A stretch of DNA of 64,000 nucleotides from Acidobacteriota bacterium (GTDB taxonomy: Bacteria; Acidobacteriota; CAIWXX01): the NCBI GenBank assembly GCA_040755995.1, contig JBFMAF010000023.1, forward strand, positions 32,001 to 96,000, given 5' to 3'. This document shows, piece by piece, positions 1 to 10,294 of the stretch. How positions within the stretch are numbered: position 1 is the first letter of the stretch; the number at the start of each line of letters is the position of its first letter. A model generated the notes under the pieces. It had not been told where the DNA came from, did no database searches, and saw nothing but the letters and a program-made list of their open reading frames with translations. A program made the position numbers and the translations under genes.

Positions 1-356
1 TCATCGATGCAGCTCTGCGACTTCAGGGCCCGGCGCAGTCACGCGGATTTTTCCTAGCGAGCGGTATTCTGTCGACGGTCAGCGACAATGTCTTCGTCGC
101 GACGATCTACATCCAGGAGGCACAGAAGGCATTCACATCAGGCTTGATCGACAAGACGCAGTTCGACAGTCTCGCGATCGCAATCAACGCGGGAACGAAC
201 ATACCCTCCATCGCCACACCGAACGGCCAGGCCGCCTTTCTCTTTCTCCTGACCAGCAGCCTGTCGGTCCGCATCCAGCTCTCGTATTTCGAAATGCTCC
301 GGCTGGCCGTTCCCTACACGGTCGTCCTGAGCATCGTCTCGTATCTGGCCTGCTGA
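1..356 (+). CDS. nhaB: Na+/H+ antiporter NhaB, C-terminal part (5' end outside window)
   Basis: Frame 3 is open from the window edge: ...ILSTVSDNVFVATIYIQEA...LAIAINAGTNIPSIATPNGQAAFLFLLTS..., matching NhaB signature motifs. Confidence 0.85.
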   Translation, partial: IDAALRLQGPAQSRGFFLASGILSTVSDNVFVATIYIQEAQKAFTSGLIDKTQFDSLAIAINAGTNIPSIATPNGQAAFLFLLTSSLSVRIQLSYFEMLRLAVPYTVVLSIVSYLAC

Positions 357-409
357 GGCAGCTTGGGTTGCTATCATGGTTGCACGACCCGAAGCGGTTG
401 ACCCTGCTG

Positions 410-518
410 GCCGAGACCTACTCTGCCGTGGTCATTATGGTGATTGTGACGACGCTGATTACGCCTCCGGCGCTGAACTGGAGCCTGGAGCGGGGTTCGG
501 CACCGGCGCGTAGCTGAC
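410..518 (+). pseudogene. Remnant of the last TM helix of a cation:proton antiporter
   Basis: Translates ETYSAVVIMVIVTTLITPPALNWSL, typical of CPA2/NapA C-termini; no start codon. Confidence 0.45.
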
Positions 519-547
519 CATGCCGGACACGCAGAAGCGGATCTGAG

Positions 548-2302
548 ATGGGCGAGTTGGCGGTTCTCTACGATCTGGTCGTCATCTTCGCAATTGCGGT
601 GGCGGTGGTGGCGCTCCTCCGGCGCGTCGGCCTGCCATCCATCGCGGGTTTCATCCTCGCCGGAACGCTGGTCGGCCCTTCGAGTCTCGGCCTGCTGCGC
701 GATCCGAAGCAGTTGACCCTGCTCGCCGAGGTCGGCGTGGTACTGCTCCTTTTTGGGGTGGGACTGGAGCTCTCCGTCGAGCGCCTCCGCCGCAGCTGGC
801 GGCCCGTCGTTCTGGGCGGAGCGCTGCAGGTGACCGTCACCACCCTCTTGGTCGTGATCATCGGGCGTCGCCTGGGCCTTTCCACGGGAACGGCCTTCCT
901 GGTCGGCTACATGATCGCGACATCGAGCACCGCAATTGTCCTCAGAGGGCTGGATTCGAGGGGTGAGCTCGAGAGCCCCCACGGACGCTTCACGCTCGGC
1001 ATCCTGGTCTTCCAGGATCTGTGCGTCGTACCCATGGTCCTCTCGATCCCGCTGCTCTCCGGCTCGACCGCCTCGCCTGCGGCTCTTGTGCTCACGCTCC
1101 TGAAGGCGATCGGAATCACGGCCGTCGTGCTGGTCGCGGCAGGATTGCTGGTCCCGCGTGTGCTTCGTTTCGTCGCGCAGACTCGTGAGCGTGATCTTTT
1201 CGTGCTCACGGTCTTCCTCGCCTGCGTCGGCACCGCCTGGCTGGCTTCCATGGCGGGAGTGAGCCTGGCACTTGGAGCTTTCCTGGCCGGGCTGGTCGTA
1301 GCCGGTAGCGAATACCGCCATCAAGCGCTCGCTGACATCATTCCGTTCCGAGAGGTGCTCACCAGCGTCTTCTTCGTTTCGGTCGGCACACTCGTGGATC
1401 CGAGGGCACTGTGGGCCCGAGCCGGCACCATCGTGGCCCTCGTCTTCGCGATCCTCATCGGGAAGTTCCTGATCGTGTTCCTGGTCGGGCTGCTGATGCG
1501 CCTGCCGCTTCGGGTCTGTGTCGTGGCGGCTATGGCGCTGGCTCAGGTCGGCGAATTCTCCTTCGTCCTCTCGCACGCAGCAGAGGGAGCCGGCCTCGTG
1601 AGCGACCCCCTTCGGACCGACTTGCTCACCGCCGTGATCCTGACCATGCTGATCACACCGGTGCTGTTGATGCTCGGCCCGCGCGTGGGGGCCGCGGCGG
1701 CCGGCACCCGGCTGCTGAGATGGCTTGCCACTCCACGGTTGGCGGAGGAGGCGATAGAAGGACCAGTGAGACACGACCATGTGATCATAGCCGGCTACGG
1801 GCTGGCGGGAAGGGGGCTTGCCCGCAGCCTGGGCGAGTGCGGGGTCCCATATGTCGTTGCCGATCTCAACCCTGAGAACGTACGCGCTGCCATCGAGAAC
1901 GGGGTGTCGGCGTATTTCGGCGACGTGACGAACCAGGAGGTGCTGGACAAGCTCGGCGTCGCCCGGGCACGCGAGCTTGTCGTGGTGATCAACGATCCGG
2001 CCGCGGCCGACCGCGCTGTGAGTGCGGCACGCCGACTGGCCCCCCATCTTCACATCCTCGTCCGCTCGCGCCACCTGTTGGATGTCGAAAGCCTTCTGGC
2101 CACGGGCGCCAGCAGGGTGATACCCGCCGAGGTGGAGGGGGCCGTCGAGGTGACTGCGCACGTGCTGCGACGGCACTGCGTGGACCCGTCTGCAATTGAG
2201 CGGCATTTGGCACGTGTCAGGGAGTGCCGGGAGGAGACGACCCTGTCAGTCTGTGGCGGGCGCCAGACTCAGCGCGAGCCGAGCTCGCGGGAGGTTCGAT
2301 AG
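548..2302 (+). CDS. Kef-type CPA2 K+/H+ antiporter with TrkA-N (RCK) domain
   Basis: Multi-TM N-terminus (LAEVGVVLLLFGVGLELS, GILVFQDL, LAQVGEFSFVL) and C-terminal HVIIAGYGLAG...FGDVT nucleotide-binding domain. Confidence 0.92.
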   Translation: MGELAVLYDLVVIFAIAVAVVALLRRVGLPSIAGFILAGTLVGPSSLGLLRDPKQLTLLAEVGVVLLLFGVGLELSVERLRRSWRPVVLGGALQVTVTTLLVVIIGRRLGLSTGTAFLVGYMIATSSTAIVLRGLDSRGELESPHGRFTLGILVFQDLCVVPMVLSIPLLSGSTASPAALVLTLLKAIGITAVVLVAAGLLVPRVLRFVAQTRERDLFVLTVFLACVGTAWLASMAGVSLALGAFLAGLVVAGSEYRHQALADIIPFREVLTSVFFVSVGTLVDPRALWARAGTIVALVFAILIGKFLIVFLVGLLMRLPLRVCVVAAMALAQVGEFSFVLSHAAEGAGLVSDPLRTDLLTAVILTMLITPVLLMLGPRVGAAAAGTRLLRWLATPRLAEEAIEGPVRHDHVIIAGYGLAGRGLARSLGECGVPYVVADLNPENVRAAIENGVSAYFGDVTNQEVLDKLGVARARELVVVINDPAAADRAVSAARRLAPHLHILVRSRHLLDVESLLATGASRVIPAEVEGAVEVTAHVLRRHCVDPSAIERHLARVRECREETTLSVCGGRQTQREPSSREVR

Positions 2303-2399
2303 GCACGTCTGTCGCCGCTAAGCTCTATCCGGCGATTCCTCAGGTGCTTTTCCAATCGCAATCAGGGTTCCACCTGATGCCGAGATCCAGGCCAGCTGC

Positions 2400-2565
2400 T
2401 TCCGTATCGCACAGGAAGCCTTGACCAAATCGGTCCGTCATGCTGATGCCACCCATGTCAGTATCGAGTTGAGGCAAGAAAAGGGACATCTGCACTTGAC
2501 GGTCAAGGATGACGGGATCGGATTCGACATGAGCACGGCGCTCGAGAGGACTTCGCGGGGCGAGT
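2400..2565 (+). pseudogene. Fragment of NarX/UhpB-type histidine kinase HATPase domain
   Basis: FRIAQEALTKSVRHADATHVSIEL...LTVKDDGIGFD; isolated fragment. Confidence 0.7.
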
Positions 2566-2573
2566 GCCTTGAA

Positions 2574-2780
2574 CATGCCCTGGCGCGTGTAGTAGTCATC
2601 GATGGCCGCGCGCAGTGCCTTGTCCCCCAGGACGGAACAAGGGATCTTGTGGTCAGGAAACCCGCCGAGCTCCGGCGCAATATCCTTGGACGTCACTCGG
2701 TGGGCGGCGTCCAGCTCCCTGTCGTTCGCCAGCTCGGAAAGAATCGAGCTGCTCACAATGGCGCTGGCGCGCAGTTGGCG
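2574..2780 (-). pseudogene. Fragment of IscU/NifU-type Fe-S scaffold
   Basis: ASAIVSSSILSE...SKDIAPELGGFPDHKIPCSVLGDKALRAAIDDY resembles the IscU C-terminus (LP..K.HCS.L...AL.AAI.DY). Confidence 0.7.
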
Positions 2781-2869
2781 GATCCGCGCCGGTCGATGTA
2801 GTATTGGTGACAGGAGGCGGCACGGGCGGACCAATCCATGGCGCATCGTGCGCGCCTGAAGGTTATCCA

Positions 2870-5842
2870 GTGGAGAGAAAAGAGGTAGTAGAGCTCCTCC
2901 GGCGTGCCGCGTCGCTTTCTCCTGACGACCGCGAGACGTTTGTCACGGGTATCGCCAGCGGACGGGATGCCGTCAAGGCGCTACTCGAGGAATCCGTAGC
3001 CAATCTGAAGGAGTGCCCCGACCTGCTACAGACCGCCGTCAGAGGGCCGAGCCCATTCTGGGACAAGATGCTCTCTGAGCTGGAATTGGCGCTGGGGGGG
3101 GAGGCGGAGTTGGAACCAGCGGCGGTCGAGGAGGTGAAGAAGATCGGCAGCATCCGGATCGAGGCCAGGCTCGGAGTTGGAGGCATGGGCGAGGTCTACC
3201 GCGGGTTCGACGAGAAGCTCGAGCGTAGGGTGGCCGTGAAGACGGTGAAGGCGGCCAAACGCCTGAGCCCTGATGCGAAGGCGCGTTTCATTCGGGAGGC
3301 ACGGATACTGTCGAAGCTCAACCATCCGGCCATCTGCCAGGCATATGATCTGATCGAGACGGATGAAGCAGACTACCTGGTGCTCGAGTACGTCGAGGGG
3401 CAGACGCTGCGCAAGCGGCTCACCGAGCCGATGGATTCGGCCGGGAAGATGCGGCTGGCGGTGGCTATCGCGGATGCGCTGGCCGCCGCTCACGACATGT
3501 ACGTAGTCCATCGGGACCTCAAGCCGGACAACATCATGATCACCACAGGCGGCGGCGTGAAGGTTCTGGACTTCGGGATTGCGCGCAGTGGAACGGCGCT
3601 GGGCTTGGAGGGGCAGGAGCCTCTGACTCAACGGGCGTCCGGAGGAGAACCCGCCAGTCAGGAGCATACGGAAGTCGGAGGGCTCACAGCGACTGGCGCC
3701 GTGCTTGGCACACCGCGGTTCATGAGCCCCGAGCAGATCCGAGGAGAGCCGGTCTCCTCCGCGAGCGACGTGTACTCCTATGGGCTGCTCCTTCAGGAGC
3801 TGTTCACGGGCAAGCCGGCATATCCGCACGATCTGTCATTAGGTGAGACGGCCGTTCGCGTTGCGCAGGGCAATACGGCTCCGATCGAGGGGCTCGACCC
3901 CGACCTGACACAACTCATCCGCGGCCTCACCTCCGTCAACCCCACTCTGAGACCGAGCGCGCGGGATGCATCCGAGCGGCTCCGGTGGATCGACGGCAAG
4001 CCTGCGCGCATTCGCCGGAAGCGAATCAGGATAGCGGTCACGGCCGGGGTGGCGGCAATCGCCGTTGCAGCCGGCATTGCGGTCATCGCCTACCGATATC
4101 GCGCGCTTCGTCAGGTTGAGGTCGCCCGCCGTTTCTCCGATGAGGCGAAGGATATCGAGTGGTTATTGAGGGCGGAGCACCTGATCCCTGTGCATGACAT
4201 GCGCCCTGCGAGAGCACGGATTGAAAAGAGACTTCCGGCGCTCGAGAACACGATGCGCGAGTTGGGTCGCTACGCCGTGGGACCGGGAAACGCCGCGCTC
4301 GGGCGCGCCTATCTCGGAATGCTCGAGTACGACAAGGCCCGCGCACACCTGGATGGTGCATGGGCAGCAGGCTATCGGACACCCGATGTCGCCTGCGCCC
4401 TTGGGCAGGCGATCGGGGAGCAGTACAAGAAGGCGATCGAGGGGTTGCGTGGGATCAGCGGCAGGGAGGAGCGGCAGAAGAAGCTGGCCGCCCTCCAGCG
4501 TGAATACAGGGATCCCGCCGTTTCATTCCTGCGCGCGGCGGCCGGCTCCAGCATCGTTCCGGCAGATTACGTCCACGCCCAGATCGCCGCTTATGAGAAG
4601 CGGTACGACGATGCCCTGAGTGCGGCGCGCCGCGCTTTCGACCAGGTCCCGTGGTTCTACGAGGCGAAGTGTCTGGAGGGCGAGGTTCTGAGCGCTCTTA
4701 CGCTGGACCAGCGACGAGCCGGCAAGATCGAAGAGGCCCAGGATTCGTTCCAGAGGAGCGTTGACGCCTATCACGATGCCGCCCGGATAGGCGAGAGCGA
4801 CATCAGGGCATACGTGGGATTGGTCGCCGCCTGGTTGGACCTGCTCTATTTCCAGGTAGAGACGCGCAGAGGCGGAGACAGAGAGACACTGGACAAGCTG
4901 CTTTCCGCAGTGGAGACCGGGGTCCGGATCGATCCTGTGAACCTGGATATTCTCACCGATATGGCCCACGCCAACGCCCTGTGGGCGAACTACCTACTGG
5001 GTCATGGGCTGGATCCGACCGCCGCTGTCCAGGCGTCGATCGATGCGGGTCGCCGTGCAGCAGTCGCCCACCCCATGAGCGCAGTCCCACAGAGCGAGAT
5101 CGGCCTGGCGTACTGGGTGCTGGCCAAGTGGGAAGACGCCCACGGGAAGGATCCAACGCCGAGTATCGACATGGCTGTCAGCCACGGCCGCAGGGCGGTT
5201 GAGTTGGATCCTTCCCACGAGCCGACGCGGGCTATGTTGGGCCTCGTCTACCTTGACAAGGCCATATGCGAGCTGGAGGCCGGGCAGGATCCCCGGCGAA
5301 TGGTGGATCTGGCGGTGCAGGAACTGAAGGGCGCCCTGGCACTGGACGCACGTGATGAGCCGGTCATGCTGAACCTGGCCATGACGTATCTCTTCAGGCT
5401 CGACTACGAGGTCTCTCATGATGTCGGGGATCCTCAACACACTGCGCAGGAAGCGATGATGGTCCTGGCCCGGGTGGGAAAGGCAACGCCGTACCTGTTC
5501 TGGAGCGAGCGGACCATCGGGAATGTGCACAGGTGTTTGGCTGAGTACAGGCGGAAAAGAAGCATGGATCCGACTGAGGAGATCTCCCAGGCGAGAGAGC
5601 ATCTCGAGAACGCTCTGAGCGCGGCCCCCAGCGACCAGGGCGCATGGGCGTCCCTGACCGACCTCTTTGTGCTACAGGCGCGCTGTCAGATCGACAGTGG
5701 GCGATCGCCCATGGACTCCATCCGGCTGGCCAAGGAGGCCTGCCGCAAGGGACTGGCCATCAACCCCGATCACCCTGGACTGAGGGATGTCAAAGCGGCA
5801 ATCGCGGAGTTAGAGGCCGAGTGGCGAGGACGAAGGAAGTGA
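2870..5842 (+). CDS. Membrane Ser/Thr protein kinase (Hanks type) with C-terminal TPR-like region
   Basis: LGVGGMGEVY, VAVK, HRDLKPDN, DFG, GTPRFMSPEQ; TM helix; helical repeat region. Start GTG 2870 inferred from the N-terminal helical extension. Confidence 0.92.
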   Translation: MERKEVVELLRRAASLSPDDRETFVTGIASGRDAVKALLEESVANLKECPDLLQTAVRGPSPFWDKMLSELELALGGEAELEPAAVEEVKKIGSIRIEARLGVGGMGEVYRGFDEKLERRVAVKTVKAAKRLSPDAKARFIREARILSKLNHPAICQAYDLIETDEADYLVLEYVEGQTLRKRLTEPMDSAGKMRLAVAIADALAAAHDMYVVHRDLKPDNIMITTGGGVKVLDFGIARSGTALGLEGQEPLTQRASGGEPASQEHTEVGGLTATGAVLGTPRFMSPEQIRGEPVSSASDVYSYGLLLQELFTGKPAYPHDLSLGETAVRVAQGNTAPIEGLDPDLTQLIRGLTSVNPTLRPSARDASERLRWIDGKPARIRRKRIRIAVTAGVAAIAVAAGIAVIAYRYRALRQVEVARRFSDEAKDIEWLLRAEHLIPVHDMRPARARIEKRLPALENTMRELGRYAVGPGNAALGRAYLGMLEYDKARAHLDGAWAAGYRTPDVACALGQAIGEQYKKAIEGLRGISGREERQKKLAALQREYRDPAVSFLRAAAGSSIVPADYVHAQIAAYEKRYDDALSAARRAFDQVPWFYEAKCLEGEVLSALTLDQRRAGKIEEAQDSFQRSVDAYHDAARIGESDIRAYVGLVAAWLDLLYFQVETRRGGDRETLDKLLSAVETGVRIDPVNLDILTDMAHANALWANYLLGHGLDPTAAVQASIDAGRRAAVAHPMSAVPQSEIGLAYWVLAKWEDAHGKDPTPSIDMAVSHGRRAVELDPSHEPTRAMLGLVYLDKAICELEAGQDPRRMVDLAVQELKGALALDARDEPVMLNLAMTYLFRLDYEVSHDVGDPQHTAQEAMMVLARVGKATPYLFWSERTIGNVHRCLAEYRRKRSMDPTEEISQAREHLENALSAAPSDQGAWASLTDLFVLQARCQIDSGRSPMDSIRLAKEACRKGLAINPDHPGLRDVKAAIAELEAEWRGRRK

Positions 5843-5870
5843 TGAGATCTCGGCGCCGACTACCCCATCG

Positions 5871-6600
5871 TCACTGGTAGGTGAATGTTCCCACTGTCGT
5901 GCTAGTCACGCTGCTCGTCAACTTGACATCGACGGTGCCGGTGCCCGGAGGGCTGATGCACGTGATGATGTTCGGCTCGGTGAAGGTGATCGGTTGCAGC
6001 GCCAGCATCGACCCGAAGGGCACGTTGAACTGCGTGCCCGAGGTGCCCGCGGGCGCGAGGATCGTCACCAATGTGCCGCCGGCCGCAGGGCCGGTTGTCG
6101 GTTCGACGTTGCCGGCCGGTGTCGGCGGCAGCACGACGAAGCCATACGGATTGCTCGGTTCACCATTGTCCATTCGGTGCCGCCATCGACTGTCTTGTAC
6201 AATTCAGAAAGACTCAGCGCGTACACGGTCCCAGATCTCTTCGGGTCAATTGCCAGGCCCCAGGTGCTTCCGTCACGGATTTTGGTCCAGTTCATTCCAG
6301 CGTCCGCGCTCTTGCATACTCCCGATTTGCCGGCAGCAAACAGGATATTCGAGCTTGCGGGGTCGATCAGTAGCGCTCTTCCGTCCGTGTCGGCGTCGAT
6401 TCCCCTGTTCATGCGCCCGGGCGTATTGGCTGTCCAGTATCCCTTCTTGCTGCGTCATCGGCACTACATACAGGGGCCTTGTGCAGCGCACCCCCAGGGT
6501 CTCGGAGAAGGTGTCTGCCAGCTTCCATCGCCTCTCCAGTTGCCAGCCGGAGGGTATTTCGAGACGCGCCAGCCCTTGATCCGCCCGGAAGGGTATCCGC
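5871..6600 (-). pseudogene. Degraded BNR/Asp-box protein with C-terminal IPT/TIG domain
   Basis: Frame-broken pieces: KSADAGMNW, YKTVDGGTEW (Asp-box) and GPAAGGTLVTI...ITCISPPGTGTVDV...FTY (IPT). Confidence 0.6.
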
Positions 6601-6849
6601 AGACAGTGGCGCCAGACATGCCGCTTCCGTAGCCCAACGCAGTGCCACTTCCGCAGTGTGCGTTCGTTCCACTCGTCGCCTCCGGAGTGCGCCTGCACTT
6701 CGTTCTACGGGCTTCTGCGATGCCGCGCACTCGGGGGTTGTCGATCCCGCTGATGAACCGTCTAGCCGCTCGGCTGCCGACGGAAAATGCGGGAAAGTGC
6801 GCTGCCGGAAGATAGACGTGCCTGGCCAGGCTCCACTTGCCGAGAGAGC

Positions 6850-8778
6850 TCAAGGCTTGATCTTGTAGACGCCCCCTCCCTCAGTCCCAGCGTAGAGTGT
6901 TCCAGGATCCTTGGGATCGAACATCAGGACTGGAATGCCGATCATCGACGGCATGCCTTCGTTCATCGGGGTCCAGGTCGCCGCTCCGTCTTCGCTTCTA
7001 TAGACCCCGGACTGCACCAGGGCAACGCAGAGGTTCGACTCGTTCTTCGGATCGATCGCGATTGCGGATGCGCATACACCGGACGACAGGCCCGTATTCA
7101 TGACCCTCCATGAGCCACCACCGTCATCACTTCGAAAGACTCCCCCATGTCCCGTCCCGGCGTAGAGAACCCCTTTGGGGCTGGACGCCAGACAATTGAT
7201 CGCGTAGTCGGCCAATCCAGCCCTCGACCACGTCGAGCCGTCGACTGTCCCCTTCCAGATCCCCTCTGCCGTCCCTACGAACAGGCGGCCGGGCGAGGTT
7301 GGGTCCGGCGCGAAGGAGGTGATTTCGCCGGCCTTCTTGAGACCGGCCGGCACCCACACACGGCCCCCATCCCTGCTTCTCATTATCCCCTTCTCGCATG
7401 TGCCCACCAGAACTGTGTCGGGACGATCCGGATGTATCAGGAGGGGACCCATATTGCATCTGCGCGGGCCGGAGGTCTCCCAAGTTGCACATCCGTCGGT
7501 TGTCTTGTACACGCCGTGCCAACCAACGGCCAGATAGACTATCTTGGAGTCCTCCGGATGGACCGCGATACCATTCACCTCTGGAGGGGAAAGCAGAGAA
7601 GGAAGTGCGAATGCCTTCCAGCCGGATCCGGCCTGCATTCCCCTGCCAGCCCAGTTCATGCCGCATGCGTAGAACACCCCGGCCGACTTCGCGTCGAACG
7701 CCAAGGCCCTCACCTGTCGCGCACAGAGCCCCTTGTTGGTCGTCGCCCACCGTGCACCTCCGTCGGTGCTCAGGTACACCCCGTCACCTGCGGTCCCCGC
7801 ACAGACGGTGGACGGGTCGGAGGGGGACAACTCCACGGTGAACACCCAAGGCCTCTTCAGGACGGCGGTCCAGGTGGTACCGCTGTCAGATGTCTTGTAG
7901 ACGCCCATATCGGTGCCTGCGTAGGCAACGTCTGCGTTCTGCGTATCCATGGCCACAGTCGAAACAGGAGGGATACCCTTACCGAATTCGCCCCAGCTGG
8001 CACCGCCATCCGTGGTTCTGTATGACTGGGAGCCGCAAGCGACAATGAGCGTGTTGGATGAGTGTGGGCTGAGGACCAGATCCATGACGGTGTTGTTCGC
8101 CAGACCCACATGGCTCCATGTGTCCCCTGCATCCACGCTCTTGAAGACACCCGATGGCTCGATGCCGGTGACACCGGCATACATGACCTTCGGGTTCGAA
8201 CGATCAATCACCAACTGTCGCACGTGCCCATAGCCAAGGGTGTGTTCCAACCAACTCCAGCTCTTCCCGCCGTTGAGGCTCTTGAAGATGCCATGGCTGG
8301 AGGTACCGGCATAGACTGTGAGTGGTCTGTTCGGATGCACTGCGATTGCCACCACCTGCATCAAGGCCAACGCACCGCCTGCCGCTGTCCAGCTCTCGCC
8401 GCCGTCGCTGCTCTTGTGAAGCCCCATGCCGGTCCCCGCATACACGAATGAAGGATTGCTGGTACTGAACGTGATGCACTGGATGAATGGATAGATGGCG
8501 TCCTCGCCCACGGCGCCCCACGAGCCACCGCGGGTCGTACTCCGGAAGATCCCACCGCCGCCGGTCCCGCACAGAACCACCGACGGATCGGCAGGATGAA
8601 ATGCCGCAGCGGCGATGTTGCCGCCATTCGGACCTATCGGAGCCCAGCGTGGCGCCGTCTCCCGGACGGATTCAACGTAGGGTGAGCGCTCACCCTGGCC
8701 GTACATCGCCGAGGTGGCAAGCGCCAGCAGTGCCGGGAGCAGGAAGAGTCTTGATCCAGATATCATGGTCATCTCCAA
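6850..8778 (-). CDS. Secreted BNR/Asp-box repeat beta-propeller protein
   Basis: Signal peptide; many S/T-x-D-G-G-x-S/T-W repeats. Confidence 0.88.
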   Translation of the reverse strand: MEMTMISGSRLFLLPALLALATSAMYGQGERSPYVESVRETAPRWAPIGPNGGNIAAAAFHPADPSVVLCGTGGGGIFRSTTRGGSWGAVGEDAIYPFIQCITFSTSNPSFVYAGTGMGLHKSSDGGESWTAAGGALALMQVVAIAVHPNRPLTVYAGTSSHGIFKSLNGGKSWSWLEHTLGYGHVRQLVIDRSNPKVMYAGVTGIEPSGVFKSVDAGDTWSHVGLANNTVMDLVLSPHSSNTLIVACGSQSYRTTDGGASWGEFGKGIPPVSTVAMDTQNADVAYAGTDMGVYKTSDSGTTWTAVLKRPWVFTVELSPSDPSTVCAGTAGDGVYLSTDGGARWATTNKGLCARQVRALAFDAKSAGVFYACGMNWAGRGMQAGSGWKAFALPSLLSPPEVNGIAVHPEDSKIVYLAVGWHGVYKTTDGCATWETSGPRRCNMGPLLIHPDRPDTVLVGTCEKGIMRSRDGGRVWVPAGLKKAGEITSFAPDPTSPGRLFVGTAEGIWKGTVDGSTWSRAGLADYAINCLASSPKGVLYAGTGHGGVFRSDDGGGSWRVMNTGLSSGVCASAIAIDPKNESNLCVALVQSGVYRSEDGAATWTPMNEGMPSMIGIPVLMFDPKDPGTLYAGTEGGGVYKIKP

Positions 8779-8914
8779 GTTACTCTATCGTTGTGTTCGA
8801 ATGGGGCCTTCCTACGGCAGCACCATGTGGTGCTCGGCCCGGTGACTCCCGGTGTCCGTCCAGGGGGGAGATCATGGCGAAGGCATTCCTGATTGCCGCT
8901 TGCCGCTCCCACTC

Positions 8915-8952
8915 ACACTCAATAGAACGACAACGTGAGGCGTTTGCCGCCA
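8915..8952 (-). promoter_or_regulatory. Candidate ECF promoter motif, upstream of the BNR gene
   Basis: Minus strand TGGCGG-caaacgcctca-CGTTGTCGTT-ctatt-GAGTGT; same pattern at four other sites. Confidence 0.55.
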
Positions 8953-8984
8953 TCCCGCAGGTCCGTGCCGGGGCGCGGACCAGT

Positions 8985-9565
8985 GCCTTTGTGGCGAGAC
9001 TGGGCAGCAAGGGATCGCTCATCTGGCACGCGTTTCTCGGCGGCGTCGGAGTCGACATCGGCGGCGGCCTCTGCGTTGACGGCAGCGGCAGCGTCTACGT
9101 GACGGGTACCAGCGATTCATCCTGGGGCGCGCCGACCAGGGCTTTCACAGGTGGCTACGACGCCATGGCTGCGAAGCTGGACTCCAGCGGATCGCTCATC
9201 TGGCCCACCTTCCTTGGTGGGTACGAAGACGACATGAGCTATGGGACTGCAGGCGGCGCGGACGGCAGCGTACACGTGACGGGCACAAGCGAATCCAGGT
9301 GGGACGGCTCTGCCATCCCGCCCCCGGCAGACTACAACGCCTTCGTGGCAAAGCTCGTGGAAACCCAGTCCGGTCCGACGATCACGAAGATCAAATCGAA
9401 GCGTCCGACCGCAGGCAGTACGGCGACAATCATCGGCGCGGGCTTCTCCTCGAACAAGACCGCCAATGCCGTCTACTTCGGCAACCTCAAGGCCGAGGTC
9501 AAGCGAGCGCGAACGCGGTCGTCAACGGGGTCAAGAGCAACTCGATGCCGTTCACGGTGAAGTAG
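8985..9565 (+). pseudogene. Truncated, internally deleted paralog of the SBBP-IPT gene at 11067-12710
   Basis: High nucleotide similarity to ~12075-12710; 5' part absent; deletion/frameshift near 9510. Downstream 9640-9714 also mirrors 12790-12862. Confidence 0.85.
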
Positions 9566-9664
9566 GCGCGCCTCGCGGGCCGGGCGAGCGTCAGGTGTGC
9601 TGGAGAGCTGCCGGCCGCTCCCCGTGTTTCTGCGGCCGCCGTCGGCCACATGGCAGAAATCCAG

Positions 9665-9702
9665 TGGCGCCTCCGCTGGCCGTCTGTCGTTCTCAGGAGT
9701 GA
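9665..9702 (+). promoter_or_regulatory. Candidate ECF promoter motif (copy within the duplicated segment)
   Basis: TGGCGC-ctccgctggcc-GTCTGTCGTT-ctcag-GAGTGA. Confidence 0.45.
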
Positions 9703-9714
9703 AGGGTCGAAAGA

Positions 9715-9800
9715 GTTTCGCACACCAGGCGTCGGCGTCCTCAATAGAGAGCCTCTGCCCTACAAGGATGCAGCCTCCATCACTCATGGTCTCCATGGAT
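9715..9800 (-). pseudogene. Fragment paralogous to the N-terminus of the 17298-18971 protein
   Basis: SMETMSDGGCILVGQRLSIEDADAWCAKL vs SMEATSDGGCVLVGERFSGVNVDAWCGKL. Confidence 0.75.
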
Positions 9801-9849
9801 GTGACCTGGAGCCCCAGCACTGTGGGATCCTCGCACTCCCGCCCACGCT

Positions 9850-10130
9850 CGACCCGTCGTAGATGACCACGACATGCTGCCAGGTCGAAGACGCCAGAGG
9901 TGACGTCGAGACCAGTGCGGCGCCTCCTTTGTGGGTGAGCCTGATGTGCCCGCTGCTCAGCAGTTCCAATCCGTACGCCACACTCGCCGCGTTCGAGAAC
10001 TGGCGCTAAAAGAGCACGCCCTTCGACCCCGGGTTCGCTTTCACCCACATGGCCACACTCAGTTCCTCGTCATTCCGGCGCAACGCCGGGCTGTCGTGGA
10101 GGTACCCCGGATTGCCGCCGCGGTTTTCAT
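9850..10130 (-). pseudogene. LamG-like (concanavalin A) domain fragment
   Basis: ELSVAMWVKA... and, in another frame, STWQHVVVIYDGS. Confidence 0.55.
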
Positions 10131-10132
10131 GC

Positions 10133-10170
10133 ACACTCAATAGAACGACAACGCGAAGCTTCTCCCGCCA
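10133..10170 (-). promoter_or_regulatory. Candidate ECF promoter motif
   Basis: Minus strand TGGCGG-gagaagcttcg-CGTTGTCGTT-ctatt-GAGTGT. Confidence 0.55.
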
Positions 10171-10294
10171 TCCCGCACGCCCCGGCCCTCCCGTCGAGTC
10201 TGCGCCGAAGTCGCCATGATGCGGGGAGTCCGACGCAGGCTCCCGTCGCCGTCCACCACCCGAGAGAACAGCGATAGGGATCGCGCCTGACCCG

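Noticed and set aside
2615..2869. N-terminal extension of the kinase ORF as given in the track
   Set aside because: It overlaps the IscU remnant and looks non-coding; GTG 2870 fits better
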